Position numbers and translations under genes: made by a program
The notes under the pieces: model-generated
Seen by the model: the letters and a program-made list of their open reading frames with translations, nothing else
What the model was told of the DNA's origin: nothing
Database searches by the model: none
Part shown: positions 37,734-47,740 of the stretch, piece by piece
Position numbering within the stretch: position 1 is the stretch's first letter
How the letters are laid out: each line of letters begins with the position of its first letter
NCBI GenBank assembly: GCA_963662305.1
Contig: OY759351.1
Location: forward strand, 800,396-864,395
DNA from: Desulfarculia bacterium
GTDB lineage: Bacteria > Desulfobacterota > Desulfarculia > G963662305
Direction of reading: 5' to 3'
Length of the DNA stretch: 64,000 nucleotides

Positions 37734-38780
37734 TTATTTAATCATTCCTTCCCAGGAATGGGTGAGGTGGTCCCGGTTGGGGGTGGAATCCAGCAGGGTG
37801 GCCAGCTGGGTGAGCTTGTCCGTGGGGCCGATGGCGATCAGGGTGGCCCCCACCTCGATGGCGTCATCGGGGCCGGGGTTGAACCGCATCTGCCCCCGGG
37901 GGCTTTTTATGGCCACCACGATCAGATTGAGGTCGGCCCTTATCCCCGAATCCCGCAGAAGCAGCCCGGCCAGGGTGCTGTTGGGCCCCACCGGGAGTTC
38001 CTCCATCTGGACCTGGACATGGCGGTCGTCGGCCATGGCCAGATCCAGAAAGTCGGTCACATTGGGCTGGAGGATGGACTGGGCCATGCGCCGGGCCCCG
38101 ATCTCGATGGGCGAGATGACCCTGTCCGCCCCGGCTCGGAGCATCTTCCGCCGGGCCGTCGGGTCGGCGGTCCGGGCCAAGATGAAAATGTCGGGTCTCA
38201 TCTCTCTGGCCGAGAGGACGATATAGACATTGTCGGCGTCGGAGTTGACCCCGGCCACCAGCCCCCTGGCGCTGGCGATGCCCGCCTTTTTCAGGATTTC
38301 GTCGTCGGTGGCCTGGCCCAGCACGTATCGCATGGATTTGTCCTCCATGGCGGCCGTGGCCGAGGGAGAACGCTCCACAATCACCGTCTCCATGCCCCGG
38401 CTGCGCAGGATGGAATCGATCTTCTGGCCTAGACGGCCATAACCACAGATAATAAAATGATTTTTTAGACGGGAGATGGTGGTGTCCATCCTTCTCCTCC
38501 CCAAAACCTTGCGGATATTGCCCTCGATCAGAACTTCGTTGATCCTGGTGGCCAGCATCAGAATCAGGCCCACCCCGACTATGATCAGAAAAAGGGTGAA
38601 CAGCCGGCCCCCGGTGGACAGCGGATGAGTCTCGCCGTAGCCCACCGTAGTCAGGCTGATGATGGTCATGTAAGCGGAGTCCAGAAAAGACCAGTCCTCA
38701 ATGATCATGTAGCCCAAGATCCCGGTAACGACCACCAGACTGGCCAGGATCAGACCGGCGATCATGGTTTTGAGGCGCAT
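37734..38780 (-). CDS. Potassium channel with RCK (TrkA-N/TrkA-C) domains
   Basis: Selectivity filter TTVGYGE, two TM helices, and a Rossmann-like IICGYGRLG RCK domain. Confidence 0.85.
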   Translation of the reverse strand: MRLKTMIAGLILASLVVVTGILGYMIIEDWSFLDSAYMTIISLTTVGYGETHPLSTGGRLFTLFLIIVGVGLILMLATRINEVLIEGNIRKVLGRRRMDTTISRLKNHFIICGYGRLGQKIDSILRSRGMETVIVERSPSATAAMEDKSMRYVLGQATDDEILKKAGIASARGLVAGVNSDADNVYIVLSAREMRPDIFILARTADPTARRKMLRAGADRVISPIEIGARRMAQSILQPNVTDFLDLAMADDRHVQVQMEELPVGPNSTLAGLLLRDSGIRADLNLIVVAIKSPRGQMRFNPGPDDAIEVGATLIAIGPTDKLTQLATLLDSTPNRDHLTHSWEGMIK

Positions 38781-38789
38781 GTCTTTTCC

Positions 38790-39971
38790 CTATTCCTCCT
38801 TTGCCTCGGACAGGGCTTGATTATAGACCATATTGATCGGTTTATCCAAGGAGATAGAGACTCCCAGGCAGTCCTCGAACTCGGGCCTGAATTCCTTTCG
38901 GCCGGAGGGCCGGGTGATCCACTTGCCGCCCACCTCGAGCCCTTCCACCTTCACCGCGCCCGGAGTGCGGTCCAGACAGTAGCGGTTTTCAACCCGCCAC
39001 CTGATTCCGAGGGTGGTGGACTCCTCCAGGATGATCGCGGCCAGGGCATCGGCCAGCTCCGGAGGCGCCAGCACCTCCAGCCTGGTGCCGGGCCGGTTCT
39101 TCTTCATCTGAACGGATTCCAAGGTGGCGTCCAGGGCTCCTTCATCCAGAAGCTTCTTGACCAGGGGTCCGTAGAACTCCGGGTTCATGTCGTCGATGGA
39201 GGTGGTCAACACCACGGTCTTCTCGCTCCGGCCCAGGTCGGGGGAGGACTCCTCCAGGGCCCGGCCCAGACAGATCCTGGTCAGACCCAGCTCCGGGGTC
39301 CGCTGACCCACCCCCGTACCTACGGCCTCCAGGACCAGCCCCGGCATCTCCCCGAAGGAGTCGGCCCAGGAGAGGATGGCCGCCCCGGTGGGGGTGACCA
39401 GCTCGGTGGGGGAACCGGTCCCCCGGACCGGCTTGCCCTTGAGCAGGGCCAGGGTGGCCGGCGCGGGCAGGGGCAGCAGCCCGTGGCCGGCCCGGCCCAC
39501 CCCCCTGCTCAAGGGAACAGGGGCCGACTCCAGGCGGCTTATCCCGGCCAGATGCAGACAGGCCGCCGCGCCCACCAGGTCCAGGATGGAATCGTCGGCT
39601 CCCACCTCGTGGAAGTGGACCTTCTCCACCTCCACCCCGTGGGCCTGGGCCTCGGCCCGGGCCAGGGCCTCAAAGGCGGCCAGGGCCGAGGCCTTGACCC
39701 GGTCCGGCAGATCGGCCGGGCCGATAATTTCGTCCCGGATATGGGCATAGGTCCGGTGGGGTGGAGAGGGATCGGTGCGGAAGTTGATCCGGAGGGCGTT
39801 CAGACCGAAGACCCGGACCTCCTCCTGTTCCAATTTCCAGGGCCCCAGGTCCAGTTTTTTTAACACAGCCTCCAGCTCACGGGGGTCCACCCCGGCGGCG
39901 ATCATGGCGGCGATGAAGATGTCTCCGGACAGGCCCCCGGCCGGGTCCAGATAGGCTAGTCTCTCAGTCAT
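38790..39971 (-). CDS. larC: LarC-family nickel insertion protein (DUF111)
   Basis: N-terminus LAYLDPAGGLSGDIFIAAMIAAGV is typical of LarC. Start trimmed to ATG 39971, forming an ATGA overlap with the lon stop. Confidence 0.8.
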   Translation of the reverse strand: MTERLAYLDPAGGLSGDIFIAAMIAAGVDPRELEAVLKKLDLGPWKLEQEEVRVFGLNALRINFRTDPSPPHRTYAHIRDEIIGPADLPDRVKASALAAFEALARAEAQAHGVEVEKVHFHEVGADDSILDLVGAAACLHLAGISRLESAPVPLSRGVGRAGHGLLPLPAPATLALLKGKPVRGTGSPTELVTPTGAAILSWADSFGEMPGLVLEAVGTGVGQRTPELGLTRICLGRALEESSPDLGRSEKTVVLTTSIDDMNPEFYGPLVKKLLDEGALDATLESVQMKKNRPGTRLEVLAPPELADALAAIILEESTTLGIRWRVENRYCLDRTPGAVKVEGLEVGGKWITRPSGRKEFRPEFEDCLGVSISLDKPINMVYNQALSEAKEE

Positions 39972-42445
39972 GAATTTCGTCTTCCCGGTCTGCAGGCCAC
40001 CGGGTCGGTCGAGGCGGTCTCCCGGCGGGCCAGAAGGTGTCCGGGCTCGGATCCGGGGGCCGGGCCGGGCAGGGGGGCGGTCAGAGCTTCGGTTAGAACA
40101 CGGTCCATTGACTCCACCTCTACGATCTGTATTTTCTTTTTTACTTCCCGGGGAATCTCCACCAGGTCGCGGCGGTTCTTGGCCGGGAGGATCAGCTTCT
40201 TGATCCCGGCCCGCAGCGCGGCCAGGGATTTCTCCTTCAATCCGCCCACGGGCAGGACCTGCCCCCGCAGCGATATCTCGCCGGTCATGGCCACGTCGCA
40301 CCGGACCGGAATTCCGGTCAGGGCCGAGACCATGGCCGTGGTCAGGCTGACTCCGGCCGAGGGCCCGTCCTTGGGGATGGCCGCGGCCGGAAGATGGATG
40401 TGGATGTCCAGGTTCTCGTACCAGTCGTCGGCCAGGTCCAGCCAGGCCGAGCGGGCCCTGATGTAGGACAGCGCGGCTTCGGCCGATTCCTTCATGACCT
40501 CCCCCAGCTGGCCGGTCATCATCATGGAGCCCTTGCCCTTCAGGAGGGAGACCTCCACAAAGAGGACCTCTCCTCCGGCCGAGGTCCAGGCCAGACCGGT
40601 GACCACCCCCACCTCGTCACGGACCAGCTCCATCTCGGGCAGGAACTGGGGCGGCCCCAGCAGCTTGTCCAGTTTGGCCGGGATCACTGAAAACGGCATC
40701 TTGCGGCCCTCGGCCTTGTGCCGGGCCGTCTTGCGGCAGACCTGGCTCAAAGCCCGCTCCAACTGGCGCAGCCCTGATTCCCGGGTGTGGAGATCGATAA
40801 TCTCCAGGATGGTCTTGTCCCTGATCTTCAGGTCGCCCGACTTGAGGCCGTTCTCCTTGATCTGGCGGGGCAGGAGAAAGCGGCGGGCGATCTTGACCTT
40901 TTCGTTTTCGGTGTAGCCCGGCAGCTCGATTATCTCCAGCCGGTCGAACAGGGCCGAGGGGATGGTGTCGACGATGTTGCAGGTGGTGATGAACATGACT
41001 TTGGAGAGGTCGAAGGGCAGATTGAGGTAATGGTCGGAAAAGCTGTCGTTCTGCTCCGGGTCCAGGACCTCCAGCAGGGCGGCCGAGGGGTCGCCCCGGA
41101 AATCGGCCCCGATCTTGTCGATCTCGTCCATCATGAAGACCGGGTTGTTGGTCCCGGCGGTCTTCAGCCCGGCCAGGATCCGTCCCGGCATGGCCCCCAC
41201 GTAGGTCCGCCGGTGGCCCCTTATCTCGGCCTCGTCGTGGACACCCCCTAAGGAGATGCGGACGAACTTGCGGCCCATGGCCCGGGCGATGGAACGGCCC
41301 AGGGAGGTCTTGCCCACCCCCGGCGGGCCCACCAGGCAGAGGATGGGCCCTTTCATCCGGCGGTTGAGCTTGCGCACGGCCAGAAACTCCAGGATCCGCT
41401 CTTTGACCTTCTCCAAATTGTAGTGGTCCTCGTCCAGGATCACCTTGGCTTGCTTCAGATCCAGCCTGTCACGGGTGGATTTGGACCAGGGCAGCTCCAC
41501 GATCCAGTCCAGATAGGTCCTGATCAGGGACGCCTCGGCCGAATCCGGGTTCATCTGATCCATCCGGCGGAGCTGTTTGTGGGCCTCCTCCAGGACTTCC
41601 TTGCCGGGCCTGGCCTTTTCCAGGGCTTCCTTGTAGTAGGCCATCTCCTCGGCCCGTTCGTCGTCCTCGCCCAGTTCCCGATGGATGGCCTTGAGCTGCT
41701 CCCGGAGGTAGTACTCCCGCTGGCCCCGGCCCATCTCCTCCTTGGCCTGGGTCTGGATCCGGGCCATGACCGAAGAGACCTCCACCTCCCGGTTGAGCAG
41801 GTCGTGAACCAGGTTCAGCCTCTTGAACTCGTCCCCGGTCTCCAAGACCTGCTGGGCCTCGTCCAGCTTGAGCCTCAGGTTGGAGGCCACCAGATCGGCC
41901 AACCGCCCCGGCTCCTCCAGACTGTCCAGAAGGCCGATCACATCCGGGGTCAAAAGCCCCCGAAGGGAGAGGATCTTTTCGGCCTGCTCCTTGACCGAGC
42001 GGATCAGGGCCTCCTTTTCGGGGCTGAACTCCTGGCCCGGCTCGGTAGGCTCAAAGGCCTCGAAGCCGGCCTTGAGATACTTCTCCGTGATCTTGGGGAA
42101 CAGGGTCATCCGCTGGAGGCCCTGAACCAGGACCTTGAGCCGGCCGTCGGCCAGTTTGAGGGCTTTCAGGATGGAGGCCAGGGTGCCCACCCCGAACAGG
42201 TCCTCCGGACCAGGCAGCTCCAGCTCCGGGTCCTTCTGGGTGGCCAGGAGAATATAGTTGTCCTTGGCCACGGCTTCCTCCACCGCGGCCACGGACATGT
42301 CGCGGCCCACGAACAGGGGGGCCACCATATTGGGGAAAATAACCACGTCCCTGACCGTCAGCAGGGGCAGTTCCTCGGGCAGGTCTTTGGGGTCGGGCGG
42401 CTCCTCGACGAAGGTCTCGGGCGGCCGGTCGAATTTATTGGACAT
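39968..42445 (-). CDS. lon: ATP-dependent protease Lon (endopeptidase La)
   Basis: LON N-domain, AAA+ Walker A GPPGVGKTS, and proteolytic site PKDGPSAGV. Confidence 0.95.
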   Translation of the reverse strand: MSNKFDRPPETFVEEPPDPKDLPEELPLLTVRDVVIFPNMVAPLFVGRDMSVAAVEEAVAKDNYILLATQKDPELELPGPEDLFGVGTLASILKALKLADGRLKVLVQGLQRMTLFPKITEKYLKAGFEAFEPTEPGQEFSPEKEALIRSVKEQAEKILSLRGLLTPDVIGLLDSLEEPGRLADLVASNLRLKLDEAQQVLETGDEFKRLNLVHDLLNREVEVSSVMARIQTQAKEEMGRGQREYYLREQLKAIHRELGEDDERAEEMAYYKEALEKARPGKEVLEEAHKQLRRMDQMNPDSAEASLIRTYLDWIVELPWSKSTRDRLDLKQAKVILDEDHYNLEKVKERILEFLAVRKLNRRMKGPILCLVGPPGVGKTSLGRSIARAMGRKFVRISLGGVHDEAEIRGHRRTYVGAMPGRILAGLKTAGTNNPVFMMDEIDKIGADFRGDPSAALLEVLDPEQNDSFSDHYLNLPFDLSKVMFITTCNIVDTIPSALFDRLEIIELPGYTENEKVKIARRFLLPRQIKENGLKSGDLKIRDKTILEIIDLHTRESGLRQLERALSQVCRKTARHKAEGRKMPFSVIPAKLDKLLGPPQFLPEMELVRDEVGVVTGLAWTSAGGEVLFVEVSLLKGKGSMMMTGQLGEVMKESAEAALSYIRARSAWLDLADDWYENLDIHIHLPAAAIPKDGPSAGVSLTTAMVSALTGIPVRCDVAMTGEISLRGQVLPVGGLKEKSLAALRAGIKKLILPAKNRRDLVEIPREVKKKIQIVEVESMDRVLTEALTAPLPGPAPGSEPGHLLARRETASTDPVACRPGRRNS

Positions 42446-42620
42446 ATCATCCTCGTAAAGGGAGATATCATGTTACCAGAATGGGATAGACCGTCAAGAA
42501 GGACCGGCCCGATGGTCCTTGATTGACCCGGCAGGCGGTCTCGGTTAGGCTGAAAAGATCGATAAGGGCCAAATTCACGCACCGGTGCCCCGGGCGGAAG
42601 GGGGCCGAGGAGGAGGGCGT

Positions 42621-43175
42621 ATGGGTCTGGACAGCAACGGCAGAAAGCGTCTTTTGAACCTGGCCCGCCGGGCCGTGGAAGCGCGGCTCCTGGGACGAGA
42701 TCCCGACCCCCTGGAGGAGGCCGACAAAGGCCTGGGACAGGACCAGGGGGCTTTCGTGACCCTCCACCTGGGGGGCTACCTGCGGGGCTGCATCGGCAAC
42801 TTCACCGGGCAGGGCAGCCTGGCCGAGACAATCCGGCAGATGTCCGGGGCGGCCGCCTTTGAGGACCCCCGCTTCCCGCCTATCTCCTCCCTGGAGGAAC
42901 TTGAAGAGTGCGATTTCGAGATCTCGGCCCTGTCCCCCCTGGTCGAGACCGACCCGGAGGACGTCCGGGTGGGGCGGCACGGGGTCTACATCATCAAGGG
43001 TTTAAACCGGGGTGTGCTCCTGCCCCAGGTGGCCACGGAACAGGGCTGGGACCGGGTAACCTTTCTGGACCAGACCTGCATCAAGGCCGGCCTGGACCCC
43101 GGCTGCTGGAAGGACCCCCAGGCCAAAATCCTGACCTTCGAGGCCCAGGTCTTCGGGGAAAAGGACCGGGACTGA
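42621..43175 (+). CDS. AMMECR1-domain protein (AmmeMemoRadiSam system protein A-like)
   Basis: GAFVTLHLGGYLRGCIGNF motif. ATG 42621 with GAGGAGGAGG upstream. Confidence 0.8.
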   Translation: MGLDSNGRKRLLNLARRAVEARLLGRDPDPLEEADKGLGQDQGAFVTLHLGGYLRGCIGNFTGQGSLAETIRQMSGAAAFEDPRFPPISSLEELEECDFEISALSPLVETDPEDVRVGRHGVYIIKGLNRGVLLPQVATEQGWDRVTFLDQTCIKAGLDPGCWKDPQAKILTFEAQVFGEKDRD

Positions 43176-43624
43176 TGGCTTCCGGGGAGTTTACGGTCCG
43201 GACCTACCGGGAGGAGGACCGGGACCAGGTCATCGACCTTTGGGTCGCCACCGGCCTGTTTGCGCCCTACAACAATCCCGGGGAGGACATCCGCCGCAAG
43301 GTCGCCTTTCAGCCGGAGCTGTTTCTGGTGGGCCTGGTGGGGGGCCGGGTGGCGGCCACCTGCATGGCCGGATACGAGGGGCACCGGGGCTGGATAAACT
43401 ACCTGGGCGTCCACCCCGAACACCAGCGACGGGGCTACGCTTCCCGGATCATGGCCGAGGCCGAGGAAAGGCTGCGGGCCCTGGGCTGCCCCAAGATCAA
43501 CCTCCAGGTCCGGGAGACCAACCGGGCCGCAGTGGACTTTTATGCCCGCCTGGGCTTCTCCGACGACCGGGTCCTAAGCCTCGGTAAACGGCTGAAGGAT
43601 GATCCCCCCTGGGATGGGAACTAG
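43175..43624 (+). CDS. GNAT family acetyltransferase
   Basis: HPEHQRRGYASRIM and DFYARLGF motifs. The start overlaps the upstream stop (TGATG). Confidence 0.8.
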   Translation: MASGEFTVRTYREEDRDQVIDLWVATGLFAPYNNPGEDIRRKVAFQPELFLVGLVGGRVAATCMAGYEGHRGWINYLGVHPEHQRRGYASRIMAEAEERLRALGCPKINLQVRETNRAAVDFYARLGFSDDRVLSLGKRLKDDPPWDGN

Positions 43625-43861
43625 AAAACGGCGACTTAATATCCGGACGGAATCAGGCGGGTGTGTCAATTTATTGTTCACCATTCATCCGTTTTTTGTT
43701 AGGTTGAATCTTTCGGTTAAACTAAACGGCGGTTGGTCCAGTCATCTAACAGGCGGTTTCGGAGCAAAGTTTCGGCCCCCTTCCCGTATTGTCGTCCGGG
43801 TCGATGGTTTAGACTGGCCTCTGTCATCATTAATGAGCCCTAGCCAACAATCAGGAGCCGC

Positions 43862-44734
43862 ATGGTAAAAAGTAAACGAATTACCATATGGATTTTAATG
43901 GCTTTTCTGGGCTGTGCGGGGTGGCCGGGCCGGGTCGCGGCCCAGCCGCCCAGGCTGGAGTCTCTTTTGTGGACCAGCCAGATGCAGGCCCACCTTCTCC
44001 GGAGTATTATCAGGGTCTACGGCGATGCGGTTCTCAACTTCAAAGGGGTGGAACAGGATTTCGACTCCCAGTTGAACGCCTTCGACCGCCTGGCCAGGGA
44101 ACTGAAACCTCTGCTCCAGGCCGGCCCTCCGGGTGCCGAAAACACCACCAGATATTTCGACAAACTCCTGACCCGCAAAAGAACGTTGGAAAAGGCCGGA
44201 AAAAGATTCCTGGAAAACCGTAAAAAAGGTCATAAAATCGGGCGTAACGATTTAGAACCCCTGGAGAAGGCTGCCTTCCAGACCGTCTATGCGGCCCGGC
44301 AGCTGTTGCGCAATCTGGTCCGCAGGATGGGGCTGGACAGCCTCGACCCCGAGAACCGGAAACGGATCGGGGAGGTGCTTCTCCTGGCCGAGATGCAGGG
44401 ACACCTGCTCAACTCCATCAGAGGGGCTTTTGCCGACAATCTCGACTGCACCTCCTCCCCGGCCGATGATTTCTGGTTGGGTTTGTCTTCCTTCGACATT
44501 TTGGCCACAGTTTACAAATCCGGCATAACCGGCTCCTCTCCGGCCAACCCCGAAAAATCCAGGGCCTTTAGGAGTCTTATCTCTCTCAAACACGAGGTCC
44601 TGATGGAGGGGGAGGCCATGTACCTGGTGAACAAAACCTGCAAGCAGGATCTGGAGGCGGCCAGGACCGTGGAAGGGGCCGCCGGACGGCTCATGCCCAT
44701 TTTCAAGACCCTGATCCAGGAGGCCTTGAGATGA
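43862..44734 (+). CDS. Secreted all-helical hypothetical protein with internal duplication
   Basis: Signal peptide and two related segments (SQMQAHLLRSI.. / AEMQGHLLNSI..). AGGAG RBS. No family recognised. Confidence 0.6.
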   Translation: MVKSKRITIWILMAFLGCAGWPGRVAAQPPRLESLLWTSQMQAHLLRSIIRVYGDAVLNFKGVEQDFDSQLNAFDRLARELKPLLQAGPPGAENTTRYFDKLLTRKRTLEKAGKRFLENRKKGHKIGRNDLEPLEKAAFQTVYAARQLLRNLVRRMGLDSLDPENRKRIGEVLLLAEMQGHLLNSIRGAFADNLDCTSSPADDFWLGLSSFDILATVYKSGITGSSPANPEKSRAFRSLISLKHEVLMEGEAMYLVNKTCKQDLEAARTVEGAAGRLMPIFKTLIQEALR

Positions 44735-45239
44735 CTGTTGACGGATCTGCAGGCGGATGGGGCTGAAAAGACTCTTAGGGCTGTCGAGAAGATATGATTA
44801 TGGGACCGCCAAGAGACAAGAGAGGCGGGCGAACAACCCCAGGCCCGTCTATCGCCCTGCTCCGGAGCCGGCAACATTACGCCAGGCTGGCTGAAGAAAA
44901 CAGCCCTAAGGCGAAATGCGCCGGCCCGATTGCAAAAGCGGGGGGCTGGGCCCATAATCAAGGCGGCAGGAGGGATGGGGAGGTCGGCTTGGCCGGGCAT
45001 AAGAGCCGGAGGGTTAAGACCAGGGCCCGCAAGCCCGGGAAGACAATGGTCGATCGACAGGCCTTTATCCAGGGCCTATCGGACTGGACGAAGTCTTGAG
45101 CGGAATGCGTGGCGGTGGATCGGATCGGTAAAGTTAGGGGACAGAGAGAGTTTGTTGACAGTTTCTGATATGGGGGTAGGCTTTATCAGGGCCCTTATGG
45201 TGTCCGGAGGAGCTCCCGGAGGTTGGAGGCTTAACAAGT

Positions 45240-45704
45240 TTGATTAGATTGACAAGAGCAGGTGACTACGCCGCCAGAGCCGTACTCCACCTGGCTTCAC
45301 TAGATAAAGACGAGATTGCCGACCGAGAGAGCGTTTCCAAGGCTCAGGATATACCCTTGAGCTTTCTCTCCAAGATTCTCCAACAGCTTTCCGCAGCCGG
45401 GATCATCCGCTCCTTCAAGGGCAGCGCGGGCGGATATCGTCTGGCCAGGCCCGCGGTGGAGATAACATTTCTGGAGGTGATTACGGCGGTGGAGGGCCCC
45501 CTGGCCCTCAATCAATGCCTGGTCCGGCCCTCCCGTTGCGACCGGTCCGAGAAATGCCCTATCCATCCCATCTGGGAAAGAGCTCAGGCCGGGCTGGAGA
45601 ACGTCCTGGATTCGATCACCTTCGCCGAGATTCTGATGGACAACGACCACCAAAAGCCCCGCCCGAAACCCGTCCGGGTGGACCGGGGCGATCTGCTGGA
45701 CTGA
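45240..45704 (+). CDS. Rrf2-family transcriptional regulator (Fe-S type)
   Basis: N-terminal wHTH MIRLTRAGDYAARAVLHLA and three clustered Cys (CLVRPSRCDRSEKC). TTG start. Confidence 0.85.
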   Translation: MIRLTRAGDYAARAVLHLASLDKDEIADRESVSKAQDIPLSFLSKILQQLSAAGIIRSFKGSAGGYRLARPAVEITFLEVITAVEGPLALNQCLVRPSRCDRSEKCPIHPIWERAQAGLENVLDSITFAEILMDNDHQKPRPKPVRVDRGDLLD

Positions 45705-45725
45705 AACCCCGGAAGCGGGGGCGGC

Positions 45726-46469
45726 TCATTTTTTCAGGGCGGCCTTGGAAAAAATATAGTCCGGGATCTCCTGATCGAACAGAATGGTCTCGATGATGAA
45801 CTCGGTCCCCCGGCCGGTTTTCAGCATATCCTTGAAGAGCATCCGCCGGGGGAACCAGCGGCCCGCCTGCCGGACTACATCGCTCAGATCCATATTTTTC
45901 AACAATTTACCGCTTTTGGCCAGCAGCTCCTCGCGCAGGGGCACGAAACGCTCCCGATCAACCCACAGCCTGCGGGACTGATAAGCCGGCTTGGTTGTCC
46001 TGGCCGTAAGGAGGAGGACCCAGCAGGACCGGCCTTCCAGGGTCTCCTCGCCGCTCACCCGGGCCTGGTAGTGATCCACCAGCCTGGAATCCTCCATCAT
46101 GTCCTCGTAGGACAGGTCCGAGCCCATGACCGACTGGCGGAGCATGTGGCCCGAGATGCGGATGGTCCGGTCCGTGTCCGGGGAGTAGGTCCACAGGGTG
46201 TCGTCCAGCTTGAGCATCTTGATGCCCCGCTCCCGGGCCGGGGAGAGATATTCGGTAAAGGCCTTGGCGTCGCCCTGGGCCCAGGTTTTGGAGCGGATGG
46301 TCCGGGAGGTCCGGCGGCCGTGGATGATCATCCCGGAGGTCAACACCCGGTTTCGGGAAGACATGTTCTCGTCTATTCGGGCCAGAATCTCCTTTCCGCC
46401 GGGACCGCTTATGGCCGCGCCGGGCCACAGGAGCGCCAGCCCCAGGGCCAGAGCCGCAATCCGTCTCAT
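45726..46469 (-). CDS. LolA-like outer-membrane lipoprotein-sorting family protein
   Basis: Signal peptide, size and sequence pattern fit the LolA-like proteins that accompany FtsX-type exporters. Overlaps the upstream permease stop. Confidence 0.6.
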   Translation of the reverse strand: MRRIAALALGLALLWPGAAISGPGGKEILARIDENMSSRNRVLTSGMIIHGRRTSRTIRSKTWAQGDAKAFTEYLSPARERGIKMLKLDDTLWTYSPDTDRTIRISGHMLRQSVMGSDLSYEDMMEDSRLVDHYQARVSGEETLEGRSCWVLLLTARTTKPAYQSRRLWVDRERFVPLREELLAKSGKLLKNMDLSDVVRQAGRWFPRRMLFKDMLKTGRGTEFIIETILFDQEIPDYIFSKAALKK

Positions 46470-47740
46470 GCTTCCAACTCCTTGAAAAGTTGCGAGGTCT
46501 GTCTCCGATATATGCCCAGACCGGCAAAAACGGTTCCCAGAACCGAGGCCCCCACTCCGGGAATGAACCCGACCAGGTAGCTGCCCGGGGTCACCCTGGC
46601 CCGGATAACGCTGGAGATCATGACCGTGGAGTTTTTCATGGCCTCGCTAAGGTCCAGGCCCACGTACTGGAACCAGTAGGACAGGGCCAGCCCCAGGGCC
46701 GTGCCCAGCGTGGAACCGGCCAGGCCGATGGCCCCGGCCTCCAGGACCATGGCCCGGTAAAGGTCTCCCTTTGATTCGCCCAGGGCCAGCCGGACCCCGA
46801 TCTCGCCGTAGCGGCGGATGCCGTTCATCAACCCCGCGTTCCACAGGACCAGGGACATGGCCAGGACGAATACGGCCACGATGAGGCTGCCGGCCAGGTC
46901 CATCATCTCCAGATATTCGGCCAATCCCCCCTGGGCTTTGAGGCTGACCATCAGGGGCGCGAATCCGTCCTCCCCGGCTGCATGGCGGCCGTTGAACCTT
47001 TCGGCCAGAGCGGCCATGGCCTGATCGCGGTAAACCATGTCCCGGCTGTAGCCCATTATCTCTCCGGCTCCGTCGGCCATGTCCAGGGCGGCGCGGACAT
47101 CCTCCAGGTCGGCAACCATGACCGAGCGGTCCAGGGCGGCCAGACCGAAATTCACGGTACCCACCACCTTGAAGTTGGCCATGGCCATGGCTCCGTTCAT
47201 GGTGGAACTTAGGAGGGTGGCGGTCTTCTCCAGGTCCAGCCCGAGCCTGCGGGCGAAGGTCTCGCTCAGGAGAGCCTCGCCCTCCCGCTCCGGCAGCCGG
47301 CCCCGGGCCAGGGCCTTTTTCAGGTTGAGGGTCCCGATCTCCCCGGAGGCGGAATCCAGCAGGTCGACTCCCAGACCCAGGACCGGTCCCTGGGCCCTGG
47401 TTTCGCCGGATCTGTCCGGAACGTCCAGCAGCCCGCCGAAGCGGATCCGGGGGGCCCATCGCATCTCAGGATAATCCCGCTCCAGGTCGGCCAGCAGCTC
47501 CCCCACACCCAGCAGGGCCAGGTCATTGGGCAGCTGGTCGGCCGCCTCATGGTAGGCCCGGGTGGTGATCTTGACGTGCCCGGTGTCGAAACGGGCGCTG
47601 GTGTCCACAAAATCCCCTGCCGCGCCCCTGATAAAGCTGTAGGCGCAGACGGTCAAAAAAACCCCGGCGCAGACCATGAGCACCGGGAAAAGGCTCCTGG
47701 TGCGGTCCCTCAGCAGCCCCTTGAGCAGAAACCGGATCAT
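46466..47740 (-). CDS. ABC transporter permease (FtsX/MacB-like)
   Basis: N-terminal TM, large periplasmic loop and C-terminal FtsX-type helices. Start trimmed to 47740 (ATGA overlap). Confidence 0.85.
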   Translation of the reverse strand: MIRFLLKGLLRDRTRSLFPVLMVCAGVFLTVCAYSFIRGAAGDFVDTSARFDTGHVKITTRAYHEAADQLPNDLALLGVGELLADLERDYPEMRWAPRIRFGGLLDVPDRSGETRAQGPVLGLGVDLLDSASGEIGTLNLKKALARGRLPEREGEALLSETFARRLGLDLEKTATLLSSTMNGAMAMANFKVVGTVNFGLAALDRSVMVADLEDVRAALDMADGAGEIMGYSRDMVYRDQAMAALAERFNGRHAAGEDGFAPLMVSLKAQGGLAEYLEMMDLAGSLIVAVFVLAMSLVLWNAGLMNGIRRYGEIGVRLALGESKGDLYRAMVLEAGAIGLAGSTLGTALGLALSYWFQYVGLDLSEAMKNSTVMISSVIRARVTPGSYLVGFIPGVGASVLGTVFAGLGIYRRQTSQLFKELEA

